A stretch of DNA of 64,000 nucleotides from an uncultured Flavobacteriaceae bacterium (GTDB lineage: Bacteria; Bacteroidota; Bacteroidia; Flavobacteriales; Flavobacteriaceae). The position numbers and the translations under genes are program-made. Location: the NCBI GenBank assembly GCA_964351845.1, contig CAYGQJ010000013.1, positions 7,182 to 71,181 of the forward strand. Reading direction: 5' to 3'. Positions 1 through 10,597 of the stretch are shown here, one piece after another. Within the stretch, counting starts at the first letter, position 1. Each line of letters starts with the position of its first letter. Below the pieces are notes generated by a model. That model was not told the DNA's origin, searched no databases, and saw only the letters and a program-made list of their open reading frames with translations.

Positions 1-2274
1 CCAAATTTGATCATTATTAGCACTTGCATCACAACGAATACGGAATCTATTGGACGCATTAAAGTTAAATGCACTACTATCTAGTGTAATGGTATCTGTA
101 AAGAACGAACCATTAGAAAAATCTGTTCCACTAACGTATTGCCCTATCACTTGATAGGAAGATCCGTTAAAGAATTCTACGAAATAATCTTCGCCATTTT
201 CCATGCTATTTGCAAACGAATGAAACTCGATAGTTACCTGATTATTTCCAGAAAGATCTAAGACTGGTGATACCATGTTTGAAGAATTAGAATTATCTCT
301 AAGTCTAACAGAAAAAGATCCTTCAAAAGAATTTGTGGTAGATTGTCTTGCGCAATCACTTCCGCCATCGATCCATCCTTCTAAACCTGTCTCAAAGAAA
401 TACCCAGCAATGACACCTGGAGTTCCTCCTCCACCTTCCAGCGTGGTAAATGAAGTTGTTGCGCTACCAGAAACATTTCCTGCAGCATCTTGAGCACTTA
501 CAGATGCGTTATATAATGTTAACTCTGTAAGCCCCGTAACATCAAAAGTTGTTGTTGTAGAACTTCCTACCACATTTCCATCTATAGAAATGGTATAGCT
601 AGCTACCCCTACATTATCTGTAGAGCCATTCCAACTTAATGTAGCACTATTTGAGGTAATATTTGAAGCGACTAAGCTTGTAGGGTCAGAGGGTGCTTCT
701 GTATCAGGAGTTCCTGCTTGTAATTGAAAAGAACCTACAACACCTCTTCTTCCGTTATTCATATATTCATTGATAAACCAAAAAGTAGCATCATCAGACG
801 GATCTACATCCATTTTACTATAATCTCCATAACGTGTCCCTGGTATTTTTGCATCTCCATTAGCGATTAACCCTTCCATAGCGGTCATGGTTCCTAATGG
901 ATCTGAACTTAATCTTCCCGTAAAATAAGAACTCACAAACACGGTAGATGGTGTAGAAGGACCAGACATAGACGTATATCCCATACCGATGTTTCCTTGT
1001 CCATCCATCGCCATACTTGCATTCCAAGCATGTCTTCCATCTGGCGCTGTATACGTTCCTTCTTGATATAAAGACCAAGGTTGGTTATCGCCACTTTGAC
1101 GGAACTCATACCAACGCACTGCGGCTAGTTCTTCAGAAGATGCATCTGCATCTACCACAAAATTAAAAATAGCTGAGTTATGGGTAGCAAATTTTCTAAA
1201 CTGTGCTTGATTCATAATTGTTGCCTGTAAGGCATCTATATTAATAGGTCTTCCACTCCCTGGCTGTCTTAGATTTGAAAAACTTCCATTATCAAACACA
1301 CTTATAAATGGCGTTGTATTAATTTGAGTGGGATTGGATATCGTAGAACTTGATGTGTTTGACCAATTTACATCCGCCGTCCAAACCTTGACGTGATCTA
1401 CAGAAACACCGTTCCATGCATTATCCTGTAAATACACAATCGTAGCTCCTCCTGGCGCTGGCATATTATTGTCTGTAATATTTAATGCTTGAGGACTAAA
1501 AAATCCACTCGTTACAATACCAGGAAGATTAAACCCAATAATTTGTGCATTGGGATCACCTACTAGCATTGCATCTCTTTCTAATGCCCAAAGTTTGTTT
1601 GTACCGCCTGTATTTTCTGTGATATAATATCCATCACTCCATACAGATAATTTTTGATAATCCTGAATTCCAGAAATTGTATATACAAACCAGTTGGCAG
1701 TAAGCGGGTTTGGCCCATCAGAAATAGCCACTTGTGCTCCAGAACCTAAAAAAGAAAGCACCCATCTATCTGCTGCATTGTCATAAGATGCCGTAAGATC
1801 ACAACATCCACCTGAAGGAAAAATTGCTGGATTAGGCGCTGTTTGCCCCAGTAACTGATTTCCAGATTTGTCATAAATAGCAAATCCAGTGTTAAAGACA
1901 ACCATTACGTGGTTAGGCCCAATCGCTAATGAAGGATCTGTGGGTTGTGATCCTGATGCATACGCATCAAAAACAATATCTGCAGCAGCCATACGAACAC
2001 TTTGTTCCTTTTCATGTTTATTTCTTACAAAGTAATCGTCCTCAGTTTGCGGATCTTTTCCTTGTACTATTTGGGCCGCTAAAGACCTCTTATCCTTTGC
2101 TTCTTTTTCAGTATTATCAGACGGAATAAGATCATTAGGTCGCGAAGACAATGAAGAAACATATTCTACAGAAGAAATTTTACCTTGATAAAAAGGCCTT
2201 GTCTTATCATCTACCTGCCCGTAGGACGAAAAAGAAAGAAAACAAAGCAATAAAAGTACTAATTTAATTTTCAT
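1..2274 (-). CDS. Secreted multidomain protein (beta-rich N-terminal region, fibronectin type III domain, further beta-sandwich domain); probable T9SS cargo; 3' end lies outside the window
   Basis: Absent from the ORF track. Translated by hand from ATG 2274: MKIKLVLLLLCFLSFSSYGQ (signal peptide)...PTDPSLAIGPNHVMVVFN...RYGDYSKMDVDPSDDATFWFINEY...DTEAPSDPTSLVASNITSNSATLSWNGSTDNVGVASYTISIDG (FN3)...NDQIW. The frame is open to position 1. Confidence 0.85.
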   Translation of the reverse strand, partial: MKIKLVLLLLCFLSFSSYGQVDDKTRPFYQGKISSVEYVSSLSSRPNDLIPSDNTEKEAKDKRSLAAQIVQGKDPQTEDDYFVRNKHEKEQSVRMAAADIVFDAYASGSQPTDPSLAIGPNHVMVVFNTGFAIYDKSGNQLLGQTAPNPAIFPSGGCCDLTASYDNAADRWVLSFLGSGAQVAISDGPNPLTANWFVYTISGIQDYQKLSVWSDGYYITENTGGTNKLWALERDAMLVGDPNAQIIGFNLPGIVTSGFFSPQALNITDNNMPAPGGATIVYLQDNAWNGVSVDHVKVWTADVNWSNTSSSTISNPTQINTTPFISVFDNGSFSNLRQPGSGRPINIDALQATIMNQAQFRKFATHNSAIFNFVVDADASSEELAAVRWYEFRQSGDNQPWSLYQEGTYTAPDGRHAWNASMAMDGQGNIGMGYTSMSGPSTPSTVFVSSYFTGRLSSDPLGTMTAMEGLIANGDAKIPGTRYGDYSKMDVDPSDDATFWFINEYMNNGRRGVVGSFQLQAGTPDTEAPSDPTSLVASNITSNSATLSWNGSTDNVGVASYTISIDGNVVGSSTTTTFDVTGLTELTLYNASVSAQDAAGNVSGSATTSFTTLEGGGGTPGVIAGYFFETGLEGWIDGGSDCARQSTTNSFEGSFSVRLRDNSNSSNMVSPVLDLSGNNQVTIEFHSFANSMENGEDYFVEFFNGSSYQVIGQYVSGTDFSNGSFFTDTITLDSSAFNFNASNRFRIRCDASANNDQIW

Positions 2275-2741
2275 AATTTTTGGCTTAAGTTATTAATATA
2301 CTGTAATGTACAAATAAAATTTATTCAAAGAATCAATTGTATGTTTTCGCTTGTTTTTTGCCAAAAAACCACATAATTATTATGGTTTTACCATTTAATA
2401 AAATAGAAGATAAAAATTATCGCTATTCTTTGATAAAGTGCTCAGAAGGCGTTAAAAAATTCTAAAACTCGTTTTTTAATGCCTTGCTCCCTTTCGAAAC
2501 GATCAATAAAGAAGACAACATTTGTTAGTTGTCGATGATTTCGTGCTTTATATCTAAAAAAAAAGTTAACGTTTTGTAAGATTCTTTTTTTGTTTAACCT
2601 TAGTAGAATTAAAGAGACAAAATATCTTCTTTTCTATAGTTGCTTTTGTTTTTGAAGAAAGATAAAATCCTACTAACCAAATAAAGATATCCGTCGAACT
2701 ATATCAAATAGTATCGAATACAACAACTAATTTTCTATCAA

Positions 2742-5700
2742 ATGAAAAAACAATTATTTTCGTTTTTATTCGCAAGCCTTCTATCATTTCTAGGGTATGG
2801 ACAAATCACCATAGATGAATCCTTAACTACCCAAGAATTAGTAGAAGATGTTTTAATAAACTCATCTTGTGCTGAGGTTTCAAATATTGTGTCTTCCACA
2901 GGAACTGATTTTGGAGATGTAAATGGTATCGCCGCTTTTTCTGCAAACGGATCAGATTTTCCTTTTGAAGAAGGAATTTTATTAATGTCTGGGGATGTTC
3001 AAGCTGCCCCTGGTCCTAATACATCTACACAAAGTAATGGTGGTTGGCCTGGTGATGCAGATTTGGAAGCAAATACAACGGCTATAAACACGAACAATGC
3101 TTCTTTTATAGAGTTTGATTTCACCCCATTTATTGAGCAGATAAGTTTTAACTTTATCATGGCTTCTGAGGAATATGATCAGAACTTCGAATGTACGTTT
3201 TCTGATGCTTTTGCTTTCATACTAACGGATATTACCACAGGAGATGTACAAAATCTAGCTGTTTTACCTGGAACAACAATTCCTATAGAAGTAACTAATA
3301 TTCGTCCTGAAGTACCTGGACAGTGTGCCGCTGTTAATGAAGAGTTTTTTGATAGATATAATTTTCAACCTTTTAATGATGAAAACGCCGCTGCCACCAA
3401 CTTTAACGGTCAAACTGTTCAGCTTACAGCAATGGCCGACGTGGTATCAGGAAATCCATATAGAATAAAATTAGTAGTCGCCGATCAATCTGACAATGCC
3501 TTTGATATTGGCGTATTTTTAGAAGCAGGTAGTTTTAACATTGGTACTACAGATTTAGGAGATGATATATTACTTTCTAACGGAAATGCCGCTTGTGAAG
3601 GAGATACAATCACTCTTAACGCAGAAGACCCAGATGCTGTATCATACACATGGTTTATGGATGGCTCTGAAATTGTTGGAGAAACAAATCCTACGCTTGA
3701 CGTAACAGTGGCTGGAACCTATAGTGTAAGTGTAAGTCTTAACAACACAGATTGTACTATCGAAGATGAAATCGTTGTTGAGTTTATCACAGCTTCTGCT
3801 GTTGATCTTGGTGATGATATTGATGCTTGTGAAGGGGATATGGTTGTTTTAGATGTTGATATTCTCGATTCTTCAGCATCTTTCGCTTGGTTTTTTAATA
3901 GTGTCGTTCTTATCGATGAAACAGACGCTACACTTAATGTAACAGAAGCAGGAGAATATGCGGTTGTTGTTACTTTTAACTCAGGATGTACTTTTTCTGA
4001 TGTCGTTACTGTAGATTTTACAACAGCCCCTATTATCGAATTAGGAGAGACTATAAATAGCTGTTTAGTAGATCCTATTATCTTGGACGCAACACCATCT
4101 AATGTAGATCCTTCGACAGTTACGTATGCATGGTTCTTAGACAGTGTTGTGCTTATAGACGAAACAGCAGCAACATTAAGTGTTACTCAAGAAGGAGTAT
4201 ATACAGTCGTGGTTACTTTAGGACCTTGCACCATAACAGATAGTGTTACTGTCGCACCTCTTGCGGTTCTTTTTGAATTAGGAGATGATTTTAACACCTG
4301 TTTTGAGTCAACAGTCACACTAGATGCTACACCAACAAACGTTGATCCTGATGAAGCCACTTATGAATGGTCTCTTGATGGTAGTATTATAACTGGCGAA
4401 GAAGAAGCTACCCTCACCATAACAGAGGAAGGAACCTATGAGGTTACCGTGTCATTTGGAATTTGCTCTAATACAGATAGTATTACCGTTACACTAGCAA
4501 ATCCTGATGGGTCTCCATGTACAGATCCAGAACCAACAGATTGTACCGTATTAGATGCTGGTCCAGATTTAGAGGTAGATTGTGAAAATCCTTGTGTAGA
4601 TTTAGTAGCTTCTGTCATAACACTACCGTTTACATCTACATCTTCCTATAGAATAGCTCAAATAGAATGTCCTAATCCTCCAACTAGTGGAGACCCAACA
4701 AATCTAGAAATAGATGACCGTTGGAGTGAATTGATAGATTTACCTTTTACGTTTACATATTTCCAGAATGATTACACCAATCTTGTGATAGGTGCAAATG
4801 GTCAAATTTCTTTTAACCCAGCGTACGCTGGTGAAACGAATGGATGGAATTCTGAACCCGGAGAGCTTTTACCTTTTAATGATGAAGATGTAGAAGGACT
4901 AGATGCAGAATTCCCTTTTAATACTATTTATGGAGCCTTTCACGATATAAATCCTGGAGTAGCACCTACCGCACCAGATAGAATAAATTTCTTTGTAGAT
5001 GGTGATGCACCTTACAGAAGATTTATTGTGAACTTTGATATGGTTCCTCAATTTAGTTGTACTGAGTTATTAACTTCTCAACAAATCATACTCTATGAAT
5101 CTCTAAATGTTATAGACGTTAACATCATCAACAAACCTGTGTGTGAGCCATGGAATGACGGTCTTGCAACTTTAGGAATCATGGGGAATGACCTTACTGA
5201 ATTTGCGGTTCCTGATGGAAGAAACACAGGAGCTTGGGAGGCTTTTGATGAAAGCTGGAGATTTATTCCTGATGGCCCAGCTAGTGATGATAGCGTATTT
5301 ACTTGGTCTGACGAAGATGGCACTATATTAAGTAATGACTTAATATTTAATGTATGCCCAACAGAAACCACTACGTATACCGCGACATTAACAATCACTA
5401 ATCCTGATGGATCTACTTCTACACTCACTGATGATGTCACAGTCACAGCAAATGTTGTAGACTTTACTGTTGGATTAGGTGATGACCTAGCATTTTGTGA
5501 TGTAGCCTCTTTTGAGATTGTTCCTGAACTCGCTGGAGATGTGACAAATCCTACTTTCTTATGGAGTACTGCAGAAACGACAGAGACCATTACTGTAACA
5601 ACGTCTGGAACGTATACTGTTGAAGTAACCGTAGATGGCTGTGTCATGATGGACGAAATAACAATTACCTTTTTAGAAAGTCCTTGTACTGTAGATTCTG

Positions 5701-7589
5701 ACTGTCTTGTTATCGATTTCTTAGAAGATTTTGGAACTGGTACAGAACGCGTATCAACTCCATTTACTGAATACACATTTAATCCAGGCCCTGGAGAAGT
5801 AAATGATGGAGAGTATGCGATCATAAATACTTCTGCTGACTTAAACAATGGATGGCATGACAATCTTGAAGACAATACGCCTGGAGATGTAAATGGACGT
5901 GCACTATTTGTAAATGCAGACTTTAATACAGATGAATTTTACAGAAGAACAGTAGATAACCTTCTAGCTGATACTAACTACACATTTAACGCATTCATCA
6001 CAACGGTGTATGACATAGATACGGGTATTTGTGGTGGTAATGGTATTCCTGCTAATGTAACATTCAGAGTTGAGGATCCATTAGGAGCTACACTAGCTGA
6101 AATTGACACAGGCGATATTCCGAACGAATCAGATCCAAACTGGCAACAATTTACTATTGATTTTAATTCTGCCGTAAATACTTCGGTTCAGATTGTATTA
6201 GTGAATAACTCAATAGGCGGTTGTGGTAATGACCTTGCGATTGATGATATATCACTATCATTTAGCGGTACCACACCTACCCTAGTTACTCCTCCTGATT
6301 TAGAACTTTGTGATGATCTTGGAGATATGGTAGAGATTTTTGATCTTACTTCGCAAATACCTACGATCTTAAACGGTGAGGACGCTGCAGATTTTAATAT
6401 CTCATTCCATACAACACAATTAGATGCAGAGGCAAATGCAAGTCCTATTGGAACTCCAAGTGCTTATGCAAATACTACAGATCCAGAAACCATCTTTGTA
6501 CGTGTTGAACGCGTATTAGATGAAAGTTGTTTTAGTTTTGTTGCGTTTGATTTAATCCTTAATGACATTTTCTCATTAGCAAATAATCTTCCGTCGACGA
6601 TTGATATCTGTTCAACAGACACAATCCCAGTATTAGATGCAACTCCAATAGATACCTCTATAGATCTATCTTCTGTAACGTATGTATGGACTGATGAAAC
6701 GAATACAACTGTGTCTACAGACGCTCAATTTACGCCTTCAGTTGCTGGTATTTATACCGTAGTGGTTGAATTACTACCATGTAGTCAAGAAACATTTACC
6801 GTAGATCTCTCTATTACAGAAACGCCTATTGTAGATCTTGGACTAGATGAGTTACTATGTAGTGATGCCTCTTTTGAAATTGTTCCTTCCTTAAGTGGAA
6901 ACCTAAATGGTGCAACACTTCTATGGAGCACAGGTGAAACTACAGATACAATCATAGTTGATCAATCAGGAACCTACGATCTTACTATAACAGTAGGGCC
7001 TTGTTCTGTCACAGATAGCATCACCATTACCATAGCTGATCCTGTAAACGTATCTGTTGATGATGACTTTACTACCTGTAGAGAATTCCCTAACACCCTT
7101 ACATCTGTAAGTGATGATGCTAATGTCACATATCAATGGCTTCTTAACGGGGACATCATCACTGGAGAAACCTCTAGCACATTAGACTTCTCTATACCAG
7201 AGAGTGCCGTAGGAACTCAGATATACACTGTTATTGTAACAACAGCAGCTGGATGTACAAGTGAAGACTCTGTCGATGTATCATTATTTGACGTAGGAAA
7301 CTGTGTGATTTCTCAAGGGATATCTCCAGATGACACGCCTGGATTTAATGACACACTAGATTTAGAGTTCTTAGCAGCCAGAACAGGAATTGATGTGCTT
7401 CAAATCTATAATAGACTGGGCACACTCGTTTATGAACAGAATAACTACGTAAACCAATGGAGAGGTCAAACAGATAATGGAAATGATCTTCCAACTGGTA
7501 CGTATTTCTATGTCATCAATCTTGAAGGTGAAGATCCTGTATTTGGAGGACAAGCTACAGGATGGATTTATATCAATAGAGGCAAATAA
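2742..7589 (+). CDS. Large T9SS type B (gliding motility-associated CTD) surface protein with an N-terminal choice-of-anchor L-like domain and repeated Ig/PKD-like modules
   Basis: 1615 aa with a signal peptide. N-terminal FEFIMASEEY...FSDAFAFIL is typical of choice-of-anchor L. About 80-aa repeats (TLDA...YAWFLD...ATLSVTQEGVYTVVVT). C-terminal ISQGISPD...FND...IYNRLGTLVYEQNNYVNQWRG...LPTGTYFYVI. Confidence 0.9.
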   Translation: MKKQLFSFLFASLLSFLGYGQITIDESLTTQELVEDVLINSSCAEVSNIVSSTGTDFGDVNGIAAFSANGSDFPFEEGILLMSGDVQAAPGPNTSTQSNGGWPGDADLEANTTAINTNNASFIEFDFTPFIEQISFNFIMASEEYDQNFECTFSDAFAFILTDITTGDVQNLAVLPGTTIPIEVTNIRPEVPGQCAAVNEEFFDRYNFQPFNDENAAATNFNGQTVQLTAMADVVSGNPYRIKLVVADQSDNAFDIGVFLEAGSFNIGTTDLGDDILLSNGNAACEGDTITLNAEDPDAVSYTWFMDGSEIVGETNPTLDVTVAGTYSVSVSLNNTDCTIEDEIVVEFITASAVDLGDDIDACEGDMVVLDVDILDSSASFAWFFNSVVLIDETDATLNVTEAGEYAVVVTFNSGCTFSDVVTVDFTTAPIIELGETINSCLVDPIILDATPSNVDPSTVTYAWFLDSVVLIDETAATLSVTQEGVYTVVVTLGPCTITDSVTVAPLAVLFELGDDFNTCFESTVTLDATPTNVDPDEATYEWSLDGSIITGEEEATLTITEEGTYEVTVSFGICSNTDSITVTLANPDGSPCTDPEPTDCTVLDAGPDLEVDCENPCVDLVASVITLPFTSTSSYRIAQIECPNPPTSGDPTNLEIDDRWSELIDLPFTFTYFQNDYTNLVIGANGQISFNPAYAGETNGWNSEPGELLPFNDEDVEGLDAEFPFNTIYGAFHDINPGVAPTAPDRINFFVDGDAPYRRFIVNFDMVPQFSCTELLTSQQIILYESLNVIDVNIINKPVCEPWNDGLATLGIMGNDLTEFAVPDGRNTGAWEAFDESWRFIPDGPASDDSVFTWSDEDGTILSNDLIFNVCPTETTTYTATLTITNPDGSTSTLTDDVTVTANVVDFTVGLGDDLAFCDVASFEIVPELAGDVTNPTFLWSTAETTETITVTTSGTYTVEVTVDGCVMMDEITITFLESPCTVDSDCLVIDFLEDFGTGTERVSTPFTEYTFNPGPGEVNDGEYAIINTSADLNNGWHDNLEDNTPGDVNGRALFVNADFNTDEFYRRTVDNLLADTNYTFNAFITTVYDIDTGICGGNGIPANVTFRVEDPLGATLAEIDTGDIPNESDPNWQQFTIDFNSAVNTSVQIVLVNNSIGGCGNDLAIDDISLSFSGTTPTLVTPPDLELCDDLGDMVEIFDLTSQIPTILNGEDAADFNISFHTTQLDAEANASPIGTPSAYANTTDPETIFVRVERVLDESCFSFVAFDLILNDIFSLANNLPSTIDICSTDTIPVLDATPIDTSIDLSSVTYVWTDETNTTVSTDAQFTPSVAGIYTVVVELLPCSQETFTVDLSITETPIVDLGLDELLCSDASFEIVPSLSGNLNGATLLWSTGETTDTIIVDQSGTYDLTITVGPCSVTDSITITIADPVNVSVDDDFTTCREFPNTLTSVSDDANVTYQWLLNGDIITGETSSTLDFSIPESAVGTQIYTVIVTTAAGCTSEDSVDVSLFDVGNCVISQGISPDDTPGFNDTLDLEFLAARTGIDVLQIYNRLGTLVYEQNNYVNQWRGQTDNGNDLPTGTYFYVINLEGEDPVFGGQATGWIYINRGK

Positions 7590-7660
7590 ACACAGGACTA
7601 ATAGATAATATTTATTATCGCGCATAACGCATCATTTATGCAATAAATAAATTTTTAAAA

Positions 7661-8575
7661 ATGAAAAAACTATTTTTATTAACCCTTATCACAAGCATTT
7701 TATGTGTTGATCTTGCAACAGCACAGCAAGATCCGCAGTATACGCAGTATATGTATAATCAGAATGTAGTTAATCCTGCATATGCTGGTTTACAAGAAGG
7801 GCTTTCTCTGGGTTTATTGTATAGAAACCAATGGTCTGCTCTTGATGGAGCGCCTGAAACGTATACCTTCAATGCACATGCACCCGTAGGTGAGAGGACA
7901 GGATTAGGAATTTCTTTGATTAGAGATGAACTAGGCCCTGTTAGAGAAACTAATGCATACATAGATTTCTCATATACAATCCCAGTAAGCAATAAGTATC
8001 AATTAGCATTTGGGCTAAAAGCAGGCGCTACGTTCCATGATATTGGACTCGCCGACCTAGAACTACAAGATCCAGGAGATCCTTTCTTTTCACAAAATAT
8101 AACTCAAACAACTCCTAACATAGGAGCTGGCGTCTTTTTATATAGTGATAATTTTTATGTTGGAGCTTCTGTACCTAATATCTTAAATTCTCTTCACTTG
8201 GATGAAAATGGATTACAATTTGGCTCAGAAACAAATCACTATTTTGTGACATCTGGATATGTTTTCCAAACCACCGAAAATTTAAAATTAAAACCATCAG
8301 TGCTCGTAAAATCAGCTTTTGACGCACCCACTTCTTTTGATATAAATCTTAACGCACTATTCTTGGAAAAATTTGAACTAGGAGTCTCATACAGATTAGA
8401 CGACTCTTTTAGTGGTATTGTAGGTTTTCAAGCAACACCTGATTTAAGAATAGGATATGCATATGATGCTGTTGTTTCAGAAATTAATAATGTTGCCCCA
8501 TCATCACATGAAATAATACTAACCTATAATATCATCTTTAATAAGCGTGCATTACGCTCACCGAGATACTTCTAA
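7661..8575 (+). CDS. PorP/SprF family type IX secretion outer-membrane barrel
   Basis: QQDPQYTQYMYN..VVNPAYAG, YRNQW..LDGAP, C-terminal SHEIILTY; lies directly after a type B CTD gene. Confidence 0.92.
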   Translation: MKKLFLLTLITSILCVDLATAQQDPQYTQYMYNQNVVNPAYAGLQEGLSLGLLYRNQWSALDGAPETYTFNAHAPVGERTGLGISLIRDELGPVRETNAYIDFSYTIPVSNKYQLAFGLKAGATFHDIGLADLELQDPGDPFFSQNITQTTPNIGAGVFLYSDNFYVGASVPNILNSLHLDENGLQFGSETNHYFVTSGYVFQTTENLKLKPSVLVKSAFDAPTSFDINLNALFLEKFELGVSYRLDDSFSGIVGFQATPDLRIGYAYDAVVSEINNVAPSSHEIILTYNIIFNKRALRSPRYF

Positions 8576-8593
8576 AATAAAATATAGTACAAC

Positions 8594-10474
8594 ATGAAGA
8601 AGTTTTACATATACATATTACTTGTTGCTACGAGTATTAATTTTGCTAATGCACAAAGCAAAGACACTAAAAAGGCAGATCAATTATTTAATAGATTAGC
8701 GTATATAGAAGCTATCGAAGAATATAATGGTCTTATTCAAAAAGGAAAAGCAGATGACTACGTATATGAGCAATTAGCGCGTAGTTACACAATCCTTAAC
8801 GATACAAAAAAAGCAGAATCTTTTTATAAGCGTATTGTTAAGAACAAAAATGCAAATCCAGAAACACTTTTTGCGTATGCAGAAATCTTAAAAGCAAACG
8901 GGAAATCAAGTGATTATAAAAAATGGATGAAACGATTTGTAAAAGCAAATTCAACTGATCCAAGAGCCGCTATCTATTTAAAAAATCAAGATTATCTAGA
9001 AGAACTAGAAGATCGCGATCCTTTGTATACTGTGACCAACGCAGATAAAATAAATACTAAATACGCTGACTTTGGTTCTTTTACAAAAGACAATAAAATC
9101 TACTTTTCTTCTTCTAGAAATACAGATCGTAAAAACCACAACTTAAATGGAGAGCCTTTCTTAGATATCTACGCTGCTACTACAGACGGATCTGCCATGA
9201 GTAACGTTGAGCTATTAGAAGGAGATGTAAACTCTAAATATCACGAAGGCACCATCGCAATTACACCTGATGGAAAGCGCATGTTCTTTGACCGTAACAA
9301 TTACTTTGAAGGAGATCTAGAAAAGGATGAAGAAGGCGTGAATCAAATCAATATGTATTCTGCCGAAAAAGTAGCTGGAGAATGGACAAACATTGAACCT
9401 GTTTCTTTTAATGATGACAACTATTCAACAGGACACCCTGCGATTAGTCCAGACGGAAAAACCTTATACTTCTCTAGCGACAAGCCAGGAGGGCAAGGTG
9501 GATCTGATATCTATATGGTAGAAATTAAAGCAGACAACACGTTTGGTGAACCTAAAAATTTAGGAAATCAAATTAACACGATTGCCACTGAAGCATTCCC
9601 TTTTATTGATGCTAATGGATCTCTTTACTTCGCAAGTAATGGCCATTTGGGACTAGGAGGTCTTGATGTTTTCCTTGCAGAAAAAAATGGCAATTCTTTT
9701 GCGTATCCAGAAAATTTAGGCCCTGGCGTAAATAGTGGTAATGATGACTTTGGAGCAAATATAGATTCAGAAAAAGGAACTGGATATGTCTCTTCAAACA
9801 GAAAAGGCGGTAAAGGAAGTGACGATATTTACATACTAGGCAAATTGCCTCCATGTGATGTAGATGTAACCATCACTGTAGAAGATACCGATGGTAACGG
9901 AATCTCTAAAGCATTCGTCGAAATTATGAATATCACCGAAGGAACAACAGATTCTGACACGGCAACCACTACAGGAAGATATCTATTTTCTTCAAAATGT
10001 AAAAGAGAATACAAAGTAATGGCGTCTGCAGATGGATTTATTCCTAATGAGCAAACCGTAACTGTGGCAAAAAAATCTGTCAACGTTACGATTACACTTC
10101 AAAAAGAAGCGATCATTACTCCAGACGAAGTGGTATTGAATCCTATTTACTTTGATTTTGACAAATGGAACATACGTCCAGATGCTGCAGCTGAATTAGA
10201 TCGCCTTGTTGCTTCTATGAATAAATATCCTGATATGAAAATCTCTGCAGAAAGTCATACGGATGTTAGAGGACCAGAATCATACAACCAGACACTTTCT
10301 CAAAAAAGAGCTGAGTCTATGCGTGATTATGTCATTAGTAAAGGGATCAATGCAAATCGTATTACCGCAGATGGAAAAGGAGAAACAGACCCTGCTGTCT
10401 CTTGTGAAGAAGCTGCTTGTTCTAAAAATGATCACCAACTTAATAGACGTTGTGTCTTTAAAATTGTAAAATAA
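8594..10474 (+). CDS. PorE-like OmpA family protein (TPR + PD40 propeller + carboxypeptidase-regulatory-like + OmpA_C)
   Basis: N-terminal TPR-like helices, PD40 repeats (GHPAISPDGKTLYFSSDKPGG), C-terminal IYFDFDKWNIR...SHTDVRG..YNQTLSQKRA...NRR. Confidence 0.9.
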   Translation: MKKFYIYILLVATSINFANAQSKDTKKADQLFNRLAYIEAIEEYNGLIQKGKADDYVYEQLARSYTILNDTKKAESFYKRIVKNKNANPETLFAYAEILKANGKSSDYKKWMKRFVKANSTDPRAAIYLKNQDYLEELEDRDPLYTVTNADKINTKYADFGSFTKDNKIYFSSSRNTDRKNHNLNGEPFLDIYAATTDGSAMSNVELLEGDVNSKYHEGTIAITPDGKRMFFDRNNYFEGDLEKDEEGVNQINMYSAEKVAGEWTNIEPVSFNDDNYSTGHPAISPDGKTLYFSSDKPGGQGGSDIYMVEIKADNTFGEPKNLGNQINTIATEAFPFIDANGSLYFASNGHLGLGGLDVFLAEKNGNSFAYPENLGPGVNSGNDDFGANIDSEKGTGYVSSNRKGGKGSDDIYILGKLPPCDVDVTITVEDTDGNGISKAFVEIMNITEGTTDSDTATTTGRYLFSSKCKREYKVMASADGFIPNEQTVTVAKKSVNVTITLQKEAIITPDEVVLNPIYFDFDKWNIRPDAAAELDRLVASMNKYPDMKISAESHTDVRGPESYNQTLSQKRAESMRDYVISKGINANRITADGKGETDPAVSCEEAACSKNDHQLNRRCVFKIVK

Positions 10475-10501
10475 CAAATCATACATTACATACTCACTCA
10501 C

Positions 10502-10534
10502 AAAAAGGCTTCCTATATTTTAGGAAGCCTTTTT
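10502..10534. terminator. Bidirectional intrinsic terminator
   Basis: AAAAAGGCTTCCTA-tattt-TAGGAAGCCTTTTT between convergent genes. Confidence 0.85.
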
Positions 10535-10597
10535 ATTTTTAATCAGCATCATGATTATTAACGCTATACTTTCATTATAATACTTCCTAAACTATTT

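Noticed and set aside
275-2129. ORF-track entries 275-493, 860-1078 and 1929-2129
   Set aside because: They are shadows of the long minus-strand gene 1-2274, which the track missed because it has no stop codon in the window.
3540-4500. Internal repeats of the 1615-aa protein as a DNA repeat element
   Set aside because: The similarity is at the protein level (about 80-aa Ig/PKD-like modules) with diverged codons, which is ordinary for T9SS adhesins.
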